Positions 54,333 through 63,952 of a DNA stretch of 64,000 bases are shown one piece after another. Both the position numbers and the translations under genes were made by a program. This DNA is from an uncultured Alphaproteobacteria bacterium (GTDB lineage Bacteria; Pseudomonadota; Alphaproteobacteria; Rhizobiales; Xanthobacteraceae). How positions within the stretch are numbered: position 1 is the stretch's first letter; every line of letters starts with the position of its first letter. The stretch spans positions 5,306 through 69,305 of the forward strand of contig CAWJKJ010000008.1 in assembly GCA_963843435.1 (NCBI GenBank), in the 5' to 3' direction. The notes beneath the pieces were generated by a model. The model ran no database searches, had not been told where the DNA came from, and saw nothing but the letters and a program-made list of their open reading frames with translations.

Positions 54333-54755
54333 TCAGTCGTGGTCGCCCGACAGGCGCGCAAGGCGACGCGCGAAATCGGCCAGCATCTCGTCAAGCACGC
54401 GGTTCTTCTTGGCGTCACCTAGATCAGGCACCGAGACACTGATGGTCCGCAGGCGATGGGGATGACTGCCCGGGTTTTGCTTGCGGCGCGGATGGGCGCG
54501 CGCATAGGCCTCGAGGAACTCGCGTCGATCTTCATTTGAGAAATGGCAGATTTCGAAAACGGTCGACAGATGCGGTGCCGGGATCGGCACCGTGTAGGAC
54601 GGATTGGTGATCTGCGATATGAAGGAGCGGTTCTTGCCGAGCGCGACGGCGAGACGCTGGCGCGTTCCCGACGGGCGCTTCTCGAGCACGCGCCGCAGGA
54701 TATTCTTGTAGTCGGCAACGGCTGAAGCCGACCTGGCGCTGACCTCGTCATCCAT
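54333..54755 (-). CDS. hypothetical protein with HTH-like N-terminus
   Basis: RPSGTRQRLAVALGKNRSFISQITNP; overlaps the EI stop; lies within the dha operon. Confidence 0.75.
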   Translation of the reverse strand: MDDEVSARSASAVADYKNILRRVLEKRPSGTRQRLAVALGKNRSFISQITNPSYTVPIPAPHLSTVFEICHFSNEDRREFLEAYARAHPRRKQNPGSHPHRLRTISVSVPDLGDAKKNRVLDEMLADFARRLARLSGDHD

Positions 54756-56418
54756 CGCTTTCAGCCTGCGAACGCAGGCGCTCCCGGCGCGCTGCACTGG
54801 GTTGGCCGAGATCGAGCGCAGCGATCGCCGCCTTCGTGCGGCCGAGGGCGATGGGCGCAACTGAGAGCGCGCGCAGCCCGGCACCGAGCAACGCCGGCAC
54901 CACGGCGGGATCGCCGCCGGCGTCCCCGCAAAGACTTACCTCCCGTCCGGATTCGCGCCCGTGGCGCGCGACATTTTCGATCAGTCGCAGGACCGCCGGA
55001 TGCAGCGGATCGGCAAGATCGGCCACGGCTTCGATGTCGCGGCCCGCCGCGGTGACATATTGGGTGAGGTCGTTCGAGCCGATCGAAAAGAAATCGGCAT
55101 CGAACGTCTCGATTGCAATCGCGGCCGCCGGCACCTCGACCATGATTCCGAGCGGTGGCCGACGCGCGGGGATGCCGGCGCTCGCCAACGCAGCAACTTC
55201 CTCCTCGAGAAGCGCCCGCGCTGCGACGAGCTCACCCGGCACGGTGATCATCGGCAGCATGATTTTGACGGAACCGTGCACGGCGGCGCGAGCAAGTGCC
55301 CGCAACTGCGTGCGGAAAATCACCGGCCGCAGGAGCGACAGGCGAATCCCGCGCACGCCAAGGAAAGGATTGCTCTCGCCCTCAGGCGTGAGACCTGCAA
55401 TCGGCTTGTCGCCGCCTGCGTCCAGGGTGCGGATCGTCACGGGCCTGCCTTCTGCCCACGTCACGATCCGGCGATAGGCGGCGTACTGTGCCTCCTCGTC
55501 GGGCAGGCCGGTACTGCGATGAAACAGCAGTTCGGTGCGGACAAGGCCGATGCCGTCGCAGGTCGCAGGATCAAGCCGGTCGAGTTCGCCCGGATCTGAC
55601 ACATTGATATGCACGGCGATGTGCACCCCGTTGCGCGTGACGGCCGGCTTGTCGAGCAGCTTTGCGACCGCGGCATCGCTCGCCGCCTCGACCTCGCGGC
55701 GGCTCTCGAACAAACGCTCCGTTTCCGGGCTCGCGTCGACGACAGCCTCCCCGGTGCGGCCGTCCACCAGCGCCTCGCCACTTAAGGCGAGGGCCGCTGC
55801 ACCGAGCCCGACGATCATCGGCACGCCGCGTGCGCGCGCCAGCATGGCCACGTGGCTTGTCGGACTGCCGCCCGCCAGAATGATCGCACCACCCTTCGAC
55901 CAGTCGAGCGACAGGAAGCGGGAGGGTGCGAAGTCACGCGCTGCCACCACCGCACCGGGCGCGATGGGTTGGCACTGCTCGTCGCCGGCGAGACAGGCAA
56001 GCACGCGATCGCGCAAGTCCTTGAGATCTGCGGCGCGGGCCCGGAAGTGCTCATCGGTAGCCGACGCGTAGTCGGCCATCTCGGCCTCGAGCACCGCGCC
56101 CCAGGCCTCGTCCGCTGTCGCGCCGGCTGCGATCCTCGCGAACGCCGGTTCACGCAGGGCATCGTCCTCGAGCAGGGCGAGCTGGAAATCCAGAATATCA
56201 ATGCCGGATCCAGTGACGCGGCTGCGCAGATCCGTGAGCTGCGCTGCGGCGGCGACAAAAGCTGCACGCAGCGCTGCGCCCTCCTCGGCGGGATCGCGAC
56301 TTGCCACGCGACGATGCTGGCGCGGCTGGAGCGCAACCAGTGGTCCCCGCGCGAAGCCGGGCGCGGCTGGGCGGCCTCTCAGGCGTATCTCACCCACGCG
56401 CGGGTTCTCCGGTCTCAT
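54748..56418 (-). CDS. ptsI: PEP-protein phosphotransferase enzyme I without GAF domain (alternative GTG start at 56397)
   Basis: TSHVAMLAR (phospho-His), GIGLVRTE, RTLDAGGDK, NPFLGVRG, SIGSNDLTQY, LCGD. Confidence 0.93.
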   Translation of the reverse strand: MRPENPRVGEIRLRGRPAAPGFARGPLVALQPRQHRRVASRDPAEEGAALRAAFVAAAAQLTDLRSRVTGSGIDILDFQLALLEDDALREPAFARIAAGATADEAWGAVLEAEMADYASATDEHFRARAADLKDLRDRVLACLAGDEQCQPIAPGAVVAARDFAPSRFLSLDWSKGGAIILAGGSPTSHVAMLARARGVPMIVGLGAAALALSGEALVDGRTGEAVVDASPETERLFESRREVEAASDAAVAKLLDKPAVTRNGVHIAVHINVSDPGELDRLDPATCDGIGLVRTELLFHRSTGLPDEEAQYAAYRRIVTWAEGRPVTIRTLDAGGDKPIAGLTPEGESNPFLGVRGIRLSLLRPVIFRTQLRALARAAVHGSVKIMLPMITVPGELVAARALLEEEVAALASAGIPARRPPLGIMVEVPAAAIAIETFDADFFSIGSNDLTQYVTAAGRDIEAVADLADPLHPAVLRLIENVARHGRESGREVSLCGDAGGDPAVVPALLGAGLRALSVAPIALGRTKAAIAALDLGQPSAARRERLRSQAESDG

Positions 56419-56704
56419 GTTCGTCTTCGTCGAAGCGGCGGTCGACCAGTGCGATCAGCGAGGCGATGGCGTCGCGGGCATCGGCCCCTCGCGCCCGGAA
56501 ATACAGCACTGCGCCCTTCGGCGCCTTGACGCGCATGATCTTCACCGGGCTCTTGGCGTCGACCCAGGGCCCCTCGCGATGCAACGCCAGCTCGACGTTC
56601 GAGGCGAAGGACTTGGCAAGCTGGGTCAGTTTCACGGACGGGCGCGCGTGCAGGCCGATCGTGTTGGTCAGCAGTGCCGAGGCGACGAGGGCGGAGTTGG
56701 GCAT
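56390..56704 (-). CDS. ptsH: HPr phosphocarrier
   Basis: GLHARP (His15), DAKS. Confidence 0.92.
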   Translation of the reverse strand: MPNSALVASALLTNTIGLHARPSVKLTQLAKSFASNVELALHREGPWVDAKSPVKIMRVKAPKGAVLYFRARGADARDAIASLIALVDRRFDEDEHETGEPARG

Positions 56705-56726
56705 GGCTTGTTCCTTCCTGGTGCCC

Positions 56727-57116
56727 TTATTGCGCCGATAGCTCTTCGGCGGTGCGCTTCACGACCTCGAGCGGCGAGCCGCCCGAGGCCTCGGTCGCGG
56801 CCATGACTGCTCCCTCGACGACAGGCGCGTTGCACACCACCACGCCGGCCCGCCGCCCGTGATCGAGCAGTTCGATCGCCATCTCGCTGTTGGTCTCGGC
56901 TCCGCCAAGATCGACCAGGACCGCGACGCCGGCGCTCGACCAGGCCCGGTCGATCGCGGCCATGATCGCGGCCACGTCGGTGCCAAGTCCTCCGTCCGCA
57001 TTGCCGCCCGCGTAGGCGAGCGGCACCGTGTCACCGACCATCTGCCGCACCATGTCGGCGGCTCCTTCGGCGATCTTGGCCGAGTGCGATACGATGACGA
57101 TTCCAACATTGGGCAC
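56727..57116 (-). CDS. dhaM: DhaM EIIA-mannose-type phosphotransferase subunit
   Basis: IVIVSHS, AGG...LGTD, DLGGA, APVVEGA. Confidence 0.92.
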   Translation of the reverse strand: MPNVGIVIVSHSAKIAEGAADMVRQMVGDTVPLAYAGGNADGGLGTDVAAIMAAIDRAWSSAGVAVLVDLGGAETNSEMAIELLDHGRRAGVVVCNAPVVEGAVMAATEASGGSPLEVVKRTAEELSAQ

Positions 57117-57120
57117 GGGC

Positions 57121-57732
57121 TCAGCCTCCGATGACGTCGCAAATGGCCGCGACCATCAGACAGGACGATCGCGCGCCGGGGTCCATATGGCCGATCGAAC
57201 GCTCGCCGAGGAAAGAGGCGCGGCCGCGCAAAGCTTTCATAGGCGTGGTCGCGGCGGCGGCGTCGAACGCGCGGCGCCGCAGCCGCGCCGCAAGCTCCGT
57301 GCCGCCACATGCCAACTCCGCCTGCACGGGCGCGAGCACGTCAAGCATCGTCTTCTCTCCGGTCTCGGATTTGCCGCGCGCCTTGATCGCCGCGATCGCT
57401 GCACCGAGAGCCCGTGCAACCTCCTCCGCCGACGGTTCTGCCGGCAATTCCTTGCCGAGCGTCATGAACAAGGTTCCATAGAGTGGACCGGAAGCGCCAC
57501 CGATCTTCATGAGCAAGGCCATGCCGATCGCGCGTAGCGCATCGGGAAGCGGACTTGTCACCAGCCCGTCGATGTCGGCGAGCACTGCCTCGAAACCGCG
57601 CTTCATGTTGATGCCGTGATCGCCATCACCGATCGCCTGATCGAGGCTGGTCAGCTCCTCGGCGTGGGCGATAACAGCCATCGCCACCGCCTCAATCAGT
57701 TGGCGTTGCAGAGCCTGGTCCATCGTTCTCAT
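57121..57732 (-). CDS. dhaL: dihydroxyacetone kinase ADP-binding subunit
   Basis: LDQAIGDGDHG, GGASGPLYG, GEKTMLD, GRASFLGERSIGHMDPGA. Confidence 0.95.
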   Translation of the reverse strand: MRTMDQALQRQLIEAVAMAVIAHAEELTSLDQAIGDGDHGINMKRGFEAVLADIDGLVTSPLPDALRAIGMALLMKIGGASGPLYGTLFMTLGKELPAEPSAEEVARALGAAIAAIKARGKSETGEKTMLDVLAPVQAELACGGTELAARLRRRAFDAAAATTPMKALRGRASFLGERSIGHMDPGARSSCLMVAAICDVIGG

Positions 57733-57746
57733 GCCTGTCCTCCGCG

Positions 57747-58764
57747 TCACGCCGCGACCCGATTGCCGGCGGTGTCGAAGAAAAGTGGCCGCACAAAATC
57801 AATTGTAACAGAGTCGCCGACCTCGAGACCCGATTCCGGGTCCGCCAGTGTGACGAGATCGTCCTCCCGGACCGCGACATGAAGGTAATTGCGATCGCCC
57901 AGATGCTCGATCCAGGTGACCTTGCCGATCGCTGCGCCGTTCGCGGCCTTGTGAATGCGGGTATGCTCCGTGCGCGCCCCGATGACGGTGGCGGCTGGCG
58001 GCGCGACCGCGTCCGGGAACAGCGAGCGGGCCAGGAGGTTGATGCCCGGGCTGCCGAGACGTGTCGCCACATAGGCGTTCACTGGCTCCTCATAGATCTG
58101 GCGCGGCGTTCCGACCTGCACAAGGCTGCCGCTGGTCGATGACGCCGATCCGCGCCGCAAGCGTCATCGCCTCGATCTGGTCGTGCGTGACGTAGAGAAT
58201 GGTTGCGCCGAGGTCCGCCTGGATGTGCTTCAGCTCCACACGCAAGTCGGCGCGCAGCTTGGCATCGAGCGAGGACAACGGCTCGTCCATCAGGTAGATC
58301 GCAGGACTGCGCACCAGCGCGCGGCCAAGCGCCACGCGCTGCATCTGCCCGCCGGACAGATGCGTGGCGCGGCTGTTCAGCTTGTCCTCGATCTGCAGCA
58401 GGCGAGCCGTCTCCCGCACTCTGGCTGCGACTTGCTGTTCCGGCATCCGCCGGGCCGGCGAGCGCAACGGAAAGGCGATGTTGTCGAACACGTTGAGGTG
58501 CGGATAGAGCGAGTACTGCTGGAATACGAAGGCAACGTCGCGCGAGGCCGGCGGCAAACCGCCGACATCTCGCCCGCCGATCACAAGCTTGCCGGTGTCG
58601 GGCTGCTCCAGACCCGCGACGAGGCGCAGGGTGGTGGTCTTGCCGGCGCCGGTCGGGCCGAGCAGGACGACGAACTCACCATCGTGGATGGTGAGCGAGA
58701 GATCCCGCACCGCCTCGGTCGCACCGAAGCGCTTGCTGACGGTCTCGATCGCGACTTCAGCCAC
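57747..58764 (-). CDS. CUT1 sugar ABC ATPase (frameshift near 58135)
   Basis: GPTGAGKT, LSGGQMQR, LMDEPLSSLDAKLR, YVTHDQIEA. Confidence 0.92.
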
Positions 58765-59854
58765 GCGAGCCTCCATCGTGCAGCGCGGTGCGGAGCGACC
58801 GGCCCGAAACCACATCAAAGATCGACATCTTCTCGGCGCGGAAGCCGAGGCCCACCTGCTCTCCCGGGCTCACCCGCGCCTCTGACGCAATGCGGGCTTT
58901 CACGTTCCCGCGGTCCGTCGTGATGGTCACGATCTGGGTCGTGCCGAGATACTCGGTGCTGAACACCTGGCCGCGGAGGGGCGACGCGTCATGCAGAACG
59001 ACATGCTCGGGTCGAACGCCAAGCGCGATCTCACCCTCGGCGATGTCCTCTCGCAACACGGGAATCGCCAGCGCGTGTCCGTCGAGCGCAATGGTCCGAT
59101 CGCCACGCTTGAGCTGAGCGTGCAGTCGCAGGAAGTTCATCGGCGGCGAGCCGATGAAGCCCGCCACGAACATCGAGGCCGGCCGGTCGTAGATTTCCTG
59201 CGGCGGAGCGAGCTGCTCGACGACGCCATTGCTCATGACCGCGATCTTGTCGGCCATCGACATGGCTTCGAGCTGATCGTGCGTGACATAGACCGTGGTC
59301 GCGCCCAGACGATCGTGCAGCGCCCGCAGCTCGCCGCACATGATGTGCCGGAACTCTGAATCGAGCGCACCGAGCGGCTCGTCCATCAGGAAGGCGGCCG
59401 GCCGCCGCACGATTGCGCGCCCAAGCGCAACGCGCTGGCGATCGCCGCCGGACAGGCCGGACACCGATTTGTCGAGCAGGTCGACGATATGCAGGATACG
59501 GGCGGTCTCCTCGACGCGGCGCCTGATCTCGCTCCGCGGCCGGCCCTCGCACTTGAGCGGAAAGCCGATATTGGCACGGACGCTCATGTGCGGATAAAGC
59601 GCGAACAGCTGGAACACGAAAGCAATGTCCCTCTGCGAGGCGCGCTTGGCGGTCACCTCGTCGGACCCGAGGAAGATCTGACCGGACGTCGGCAGCTCGA
59701 GCCCCGCGATCATGCGCAAGGTCGTCGTCTTGCCGCAGCCCGAGAGCCCCAGCAGGCAGAAGAACTCACCATCCTCGATCGTGAAGCTCGAATTCTGCAC
59801 GGCGACGAAATCGCCGAAGTTCTTCCGCAGATTTTCGATCCGGATCGTCGCCAT
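58757..59854 (-). CDS. CUT1 sugar ABC ATPase
   Basis: GLSGCGKT, LSGGDRQR, LMDEPLGALD, FIGSPPMN, GVRPEH. Confidence 0.93.
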   Translation of the reverse strand: MATIRIENLRKNFGDFVAVQNSSFTIEDGEFFCLLGLSGCGKTTTLRMIAGLELPTSGQIFLGSDEVTAKRASQRDIAFVFQLFALYPHMSVRANIGFPLKCEGRPRSEIRRRVEETARILHIVDLLDKSVSGLSGGDRQRVALGRAIVRRPAAFLMDEPLGALDSEFRHIMCGELRALHDRLGATTVYVTHDQLEAMSMADKIAVMSNGVVEQLAPPQEIYDRPASMFVAGFIGSPPMNFLRLHAQLKRGDRTIALDGHALAIPVLREDIAEGEIALGVRPEHVVLHDASPLRGQVFSTEYLGTTQIVTITTDRGNVKARIASEARVSPGEQVGLGFRAEKMSIFDVVSGRSLRTALHDGGSRG

Positions 59855-59858
59855 GTCA

Positions 59859-60056
59859 TCACTCCGGAAGCTTCGTTGCGATGGTGAACACCACCGTGCC
59901 GGCAAGCACCGTTGCGAAGGACCAGCCGTACAGCGCGAGCGAGAACGGCTGCATCAGCATCGCAACGCCCAGTGCGATCAGGGTCGTGCCGGTGCCTTCC
60001 CAAAGGCTCCGCCGCAACCAGCGCCGGCGGATCGGCTCGTGCGGCCTGGCACTCAT
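59859..60056 (-). CDS. 65-aa two-helix membrane protein inside the ABC operon
   Basis: ATGA overlap with the permease stop; two hydrophobic stretches; 4 bp gap to the ATPase start. Confidence 0.75.
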   Translation of the reverse strand: MSARPHEPIRRRWLRRSLWEGTGTTLIALGVAMLMQPFSLALYGWSFATVLAGTVVFTIATKLPE

Positions 60057-61003
60057 TTTCGCACCGCTCCAAAGGTGATCCCGCGCAGCAGGTGTTTGCG
60101 CAGCAGGATCGTGAAGGCGAGAATCGGGATCAGCACGATCGTCGTGCCTGCGGCCACCGCCGGCCAGTCCTGTCCGCCCTCGCCAATGATGATCGGGATG
60201 AAAGGCGGCGCGGTCTGCGCCTCGCCGGACGTGAGCAGGACCGCGAACGCGTACTCATTCCAGGCGAAGATGAGGCAGAAGATGGCGGTCGCGACGATGC
60301 CGGTCGTTGCTTGCGGCAGCACCACTTTGAAGAAGGCCTGCAGGCGGGTGTAGCCGTCGACCATCGCGGCTTCCTCGTATTCGCGTGGAATCTCGTCGAT
60401 GAAGCCCTTGAGCAGCCAGACCGCGAGCGATGCGTTCACCGCGGTGTAGAGCAGGATCATGCCGAGCCTGGTGTCGGAAAGCCCGAGCTCGCGATACATG
60501 AGATAGATCGGGATCGCCACCGCGATCGGCGGCATCATGCGCGTCGACAGGATGAAAAACATCAGGTCATCCTTGAAGGGCACCTTGAAGCGCGAGAAGG
60601 CGTAGGCGGCGGCCGTGCCGAGCAGGACGGATAGCGCCGTCGAGCCGAAGGCGATGATGAGCGAATTGACGAAGCGCGGCGAGAAGTTCGATGGCCCGGC
60701 CACCACCATGTTGCGCGAGCGGGCAACGTCGTCGCACCGGCTTTCAGCCGGCGGCAAGGTGGCGATGTACTCCGCCGTTTGCCGCGACCGTGTGGTGAAA
60801 AGGTTGCAATAGCCCTCGAGCGAGGGCTGGAACAGTATCTTGGGCGGATAGCTGATCGAATCCGGCGGCGTCTTGATGCTGGTCAGGAAGATCCATGCCA
60901 GCGGCACCATCGAAACGATGGCGTACAACACCACGATCGTCGCGGCGATGCGGCGCGATCGGGCGCTTGGCGCGACGACCGAATGAGCGGTGGTGGTGGT
61001 CAT
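60053..61003 (-). CDS. carbohydrate ABC permease (MalG-like)
   Basis: NSLIIA, RMMPP, EEAAMVDG, FAWNEY. Confidence 0.93.
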   Translation of the reverse strand: MTTTTAHSVVAPSARSRRIAATIVVLYAIVSMVPLAWIFLTSIKTPPDSISYPPKILFQPSLEGYCNLFTTRSRQTAEYIATLPPAESRCDDVARSRNMVVAGPSNFSPRFVNSLIIAFGSTALSVLLGTAAAYAFSRFKVPFKDDLMFFILSTRMMPPIAVAIPIYLMYRELGLSDTRLGMILLYTAVNASLAVWLLKGFIDEIPREYEEAAMVDGYTRLQAFFKVVLPQATTGIVATAIFCLIFAWNEYAFAVLLTSGEAQTAPPFIPIIIGEGGQDWPAVAAGTTIVLIPILAFTILLRKHLLRGITFGAVRK

Positions 61004-61962
61004 CGCTGTTTCACCCGGTTGAGCGCCTTCACATAGATATTGGCAAGACCAAACACCGTGACAAACAGGATGATCGCAAAGGCCGACGAGAAGCCGGTGC
61101 GCCATTTCTCGAACGCCTCCCGCTTCAGGGTGATGGAGGCGACCTCGGTGGTCGATCCCGGTCCGCCCGAGGTGAGCAGGTTGACCATGTCGAACATCTT
61201 GAAATTCTCGATGCCGCGGAACAGCACGGCAAGCATGATGAACGGCAGCGCCATCGGCAGCGTGATCGACCAGAACTGGCGCCAGTAGCTCGCGCCGTCG
61301 ACCTCTGCGGCTTCGTAGATGTAGTCGGGAATCGATCGCAAGCCCGCGAGGCAGATCAGCATCACATAGGGCGTCCACATCCAGGTATCGACGATGATGA
61401 TCGACCACGGCGCAAGCCTGACGGACCCGAGCATCTCGAACGAGGATGAACCGATACCTGCGACGAAGGCGACCGCATAGTTGAACAGTCCGATCTGCGG
61501 CTCGTAGAGGAATTTCCAGAAGTTGCCGACCACGGCCGGCGACAGCATCATTGGAATCAGGATGACGGTGGTCCAGAAGCCATGACCACGGAACTTGCGG
61601 TCGATCAGATAGGCAAGGGAGAAGCCGATCAGCGTTTGCAGGACGATGGTCCAGAACACGAAGTGGGCGGTCGCCTGCATCGCTGCCCAGATGTCCGGGT
61701 CGGTCAGGATCGAACGGTAGTTGTCGATGCCGATGCCGCGAACCGGCGCATTCGGCCGGTTGGCGCGGTAGTTCGTGAATGAAAGCCAGATCGTCCATAT
61801 CAACGGAAAGATGTTGATCGCGAGGAGCAACAGGATCGTGGGCGCGATGAACAGCCACGCGATCGCCCGATCCGACAGGCCGCGGACGCGTCGGTTAAGG
61901 CTCTCGGGAGTTGCGAGAGCGGCCCGCTGCAAAAGAGGGAGGTCGTGGCGCATCTCGTTCAT
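61000..61962 (-). CDS. carbohydrate ABC permease (MalF-like)
   Basis: FIAP, GIDNY, IPMMLSP, WMWTPY, YEAAEVDGA, GGPG. Confidence 0.93.
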   Translation of the reverse strand: MNEMRHDLPLLQRAALATPESLNRRVRGLSDRAIAWLFIAPTILLLLAINIFPLIWTIWLSFTNYRANRPNAPVRGIGIDNYRSILTDPDIWAAMQATAHFVFWTIVLQTLIGFSLAYLIDRKFRGHGFWTTVILIPMMLSPAVVGNFWKFLYEPQIGLFNYAVAFVAGIGSSSFEMLGSVRLAPWSIIIVDTWMWTPYVMLICLAGLRSIPDYIYEAAEVDGASYWRQFWSITLPMALPFIMLAVLFRGIENFKMFDMVNLLTSGGPGSTTEVASITLKREAFEKWRTGFSSAFAIILFVTVFGLANIYVKALNRVKQR

Positions 61963-61992
61963 CCTGAACCCGATTTGCTCCGGCTGAGAAAC

Positions 61993-62018
61993 CTCCTGCG
62001 CGCCCTGGCGCGCAGGAG
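61993..62018. terminator. stable hairpin between the binding protein and permease genes (mRNA stabiliser or attenuator)
   Basis: ctcctgcgcgc-cctg-gcgcgcaggag. Confidence 0.55.
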
Positions 62019-62046
62019 AAGTAGTGACGGCAGGATCATCGGGAGG

Positions 62047-63366
62047 TCAGATCTTGCCGTCGTCCTTGAAGACCTTCTGCCAATCCTTGATCAGCAGATC
62101 GAGCGCTTCCTTGGCGGTGCCCTTGTCGGCCACGACGTACTCGTGCACGCGCTTTTGCATGGCCAGCAGCAGTTGAGCATAGGAAGGCTCGGCCCAGAAA
62201 TCGGAAACCTGGCCCATTGCGGTCAGGAAGTCAGCGGCGAACGGCGCGGTCTTGACGAAGCCGGGGTCGTTGAGCACGCCCTTGTGGCAACTATAGCCGC
62301 CGAGCGACCACCACTTCTTCTGCACGTCGAGACTGGCGAACCACTTGATGTACTGCAGCGCCTCGTTTCGGTTCGGCGAGTAGGAGACGACCGAGATGCC
62401 CTGGCCGCCGAGCTGCGAACCCTGGCCGGTCTCGCCAGGGTTGACGAAGAAGCCGATCTTGTCTCCGCCCACATTCTCGTCCTTGAAGAGACCGGGGAAG
62501 AAGGCGAACCAGTTCATCTGCATGGCCACCTGGCCGGATTTGAAGGCATCGAGGCCTTCCTGCATGTAGGCATTGGTGTAACCCGGCGGCGTGCAGCACT
62601 TGTAGAGCGCCTTGTAAAACTCAAGCCCCTTCACCGCACCCTCGGAGTTGACGAAACCCTCCATCTGATAGGGCTTTTGGGGATCCTGATACTTGAAGCC
62701 AAACGGATAGAGCGCGTTGGTCACGCCCATTGTGATCCCTTCCGATCCGCGTTCGGTGAAGATCGCAGCGCCGTACACCTTTTTGCCGTTGATCTCGCGG
62801 CCCTGGAAGAACTCCGCGATCTGCTTGAGCTCGGTCTGCGTCTTCGGCGGCGCCAGATCGCGACCGTGCTTCTTCTTGAACTCGGCCTGGATGTCGGGCC
62901 GGGAGAACCAGTCCTTGCGATAGGTCCAGGCATTGGCGTCGCCCATCGCCGGCAGCGCCCAGTAGTTCGGCGTACCCTTCGGCCACTCGGAATAGCCCCG
63001 GACAGTCGCCGGCATGAAGTCATCAATCTTGATGCCCTCTTTGGCGAAGAAGTCGTTGAGCTTCACGTAGTGACCGTTCTCAGCGGAGCCACCGACCCAC
63101 TGGCTGTCGCCGATCATCAGGTCGCAAAGCCGGCCCTTCGAGTTGAGTTCGTTGAGAAAGCGGTCGGCGAAGTTCGGCCAGGGCACGAACTCGAACTTCA
63201 TCGCAATTCCGCTCTTGGCGGTGAAATCTTTCGACAATTCGACCAGTGCATTGGCGGGATCCCAGGCGGCCCAGCACAAGGTGAGCGATTTGGACTGAGC
63301 CTGGGCGATGTTCGGGGCAACCGCGACGGCGGCAAGCGCAAGTGCGCTCGCGAAGAGTCTCTTCAT
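62047..63366 (-). CDS. CUT1 sugar/polyol ABC substrate-binding protein
   Basis: Signal peptide, GGAGG RBS, WAAWDPAN, GDSQW, YRKDWF, LGGQG; resembles, from memory, rhizobial polyol-binding proteins. Confidence 0.9.
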   Translation of the reverse strand: MKRLFASALALAAVAVAPNIAQAQSKSLTLCWAAWDPANALVELSKDFTAKSGIAMKFEFVPWPNFADRFLNELNSKGRLCDLMIGDSQWVGGSAENGHYVKLNDFFAKEGIKIDDFMPATVRGYSEWPKGTPNYWALPAMGDANAWTYRKDWFSRPDIQAEFKKKHGRDLAPPKTQTELKQIAEFFQGREINGKKVYGAAIFTERGSEGITMGVTNALYPFGFKYQDPQKPYQMEGFVNSEGAVKGLEFYKALYKCCTPPGYTNAYMQEGLDAFKSGQVAMQMNWFAFFPGLFKDENVGGDKIGFFVNPGETGQGSQLGGQGISVVSYSPNRNEALQYIKWFASLDVQKKWWSLGGYSCHKGVLNDPGFVKTAPFAADFLTAMGQVSDFWAEPSYAQLLLAMQKRVHEYVVADKGTAKEALDLLIKDWQKVFKDDGKI

Positions 63367-63502
63367 TGAGGTTCCTCCTGTTGGACTGGCGCGCGCATGG
63401 TCGCTCAGGCTCGCAGTCGAGCCTGCTCAAGCGAAAAAATCCGCTGTGCGTGACGATCCGGTTGGCGTTTCCCTTCCGCGCCGCTTGACCTCTTGCGTGG
63501 GT

Positions 63503-63571
63503 CGACGGGAGCCGAAGTGAAGTTTAGTGAACTCTCGAATACTAAACATGTCAAGCTAAACATTCCCGTCG
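63503..63571 (-). promoter_or_regulatory. candidate operator/promoter of the polyol-dha operon
   Basis: GTTTAGT (63522-63528) / ACTAAAC (63541-63547) inverted repeat; CTAAACAT repeated at 63542 and 63556; minus-strand TTGACA at 63549-63554; outer repeat cgacggga/tcccgtcg. Confidence 0.55.
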
Positions 63572-63846
63572 CTACCTCGAGCTGGCCGAGCAACGATCGC
63601 GCAATGGTCATGTGCATTTATTCCACCAAGGATAGCTCGACGAGTGGCGGTCGCACTTCCGCTTCGCGGGGCGTTGCGAATTCGCTCGGAGGGGAAGGAT
63701 TTGGTCGATCCGAAGTTCAAGGGCCAAGGCCGCGGTCCTCGACGTGCCCGCGATCTGCGACATTCGCGTCTGCCCAGCGCGCTAAAGGTGCGCTTCACCG
63801 GCATTTTGGGTTGTGGAGCCACCGCACCGCAGCCGGTTTCCCGCAT

Positions 63847-63894
63847 GATTCCAAGGAGAATCGTATTGCAACCTTGGGCTTAGCCAAATTTTAA
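63847..63894 (+). promoter_or_regulatory. CtrA box with two nearby GANTC (CcrM) sites upstream of sciP
   Basis: TTAG-ccaaatt-TTAA at 63880-63894; GATTC at 63847 and GAATC at 63858. Confidence 0.7.
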
Positions 63895-63952
63895 GCCGGT
63901 CGGCGTACTGTTCCTGACAACGTGTTCAGTCAGTAGAGTTTGTGAGTACGCC

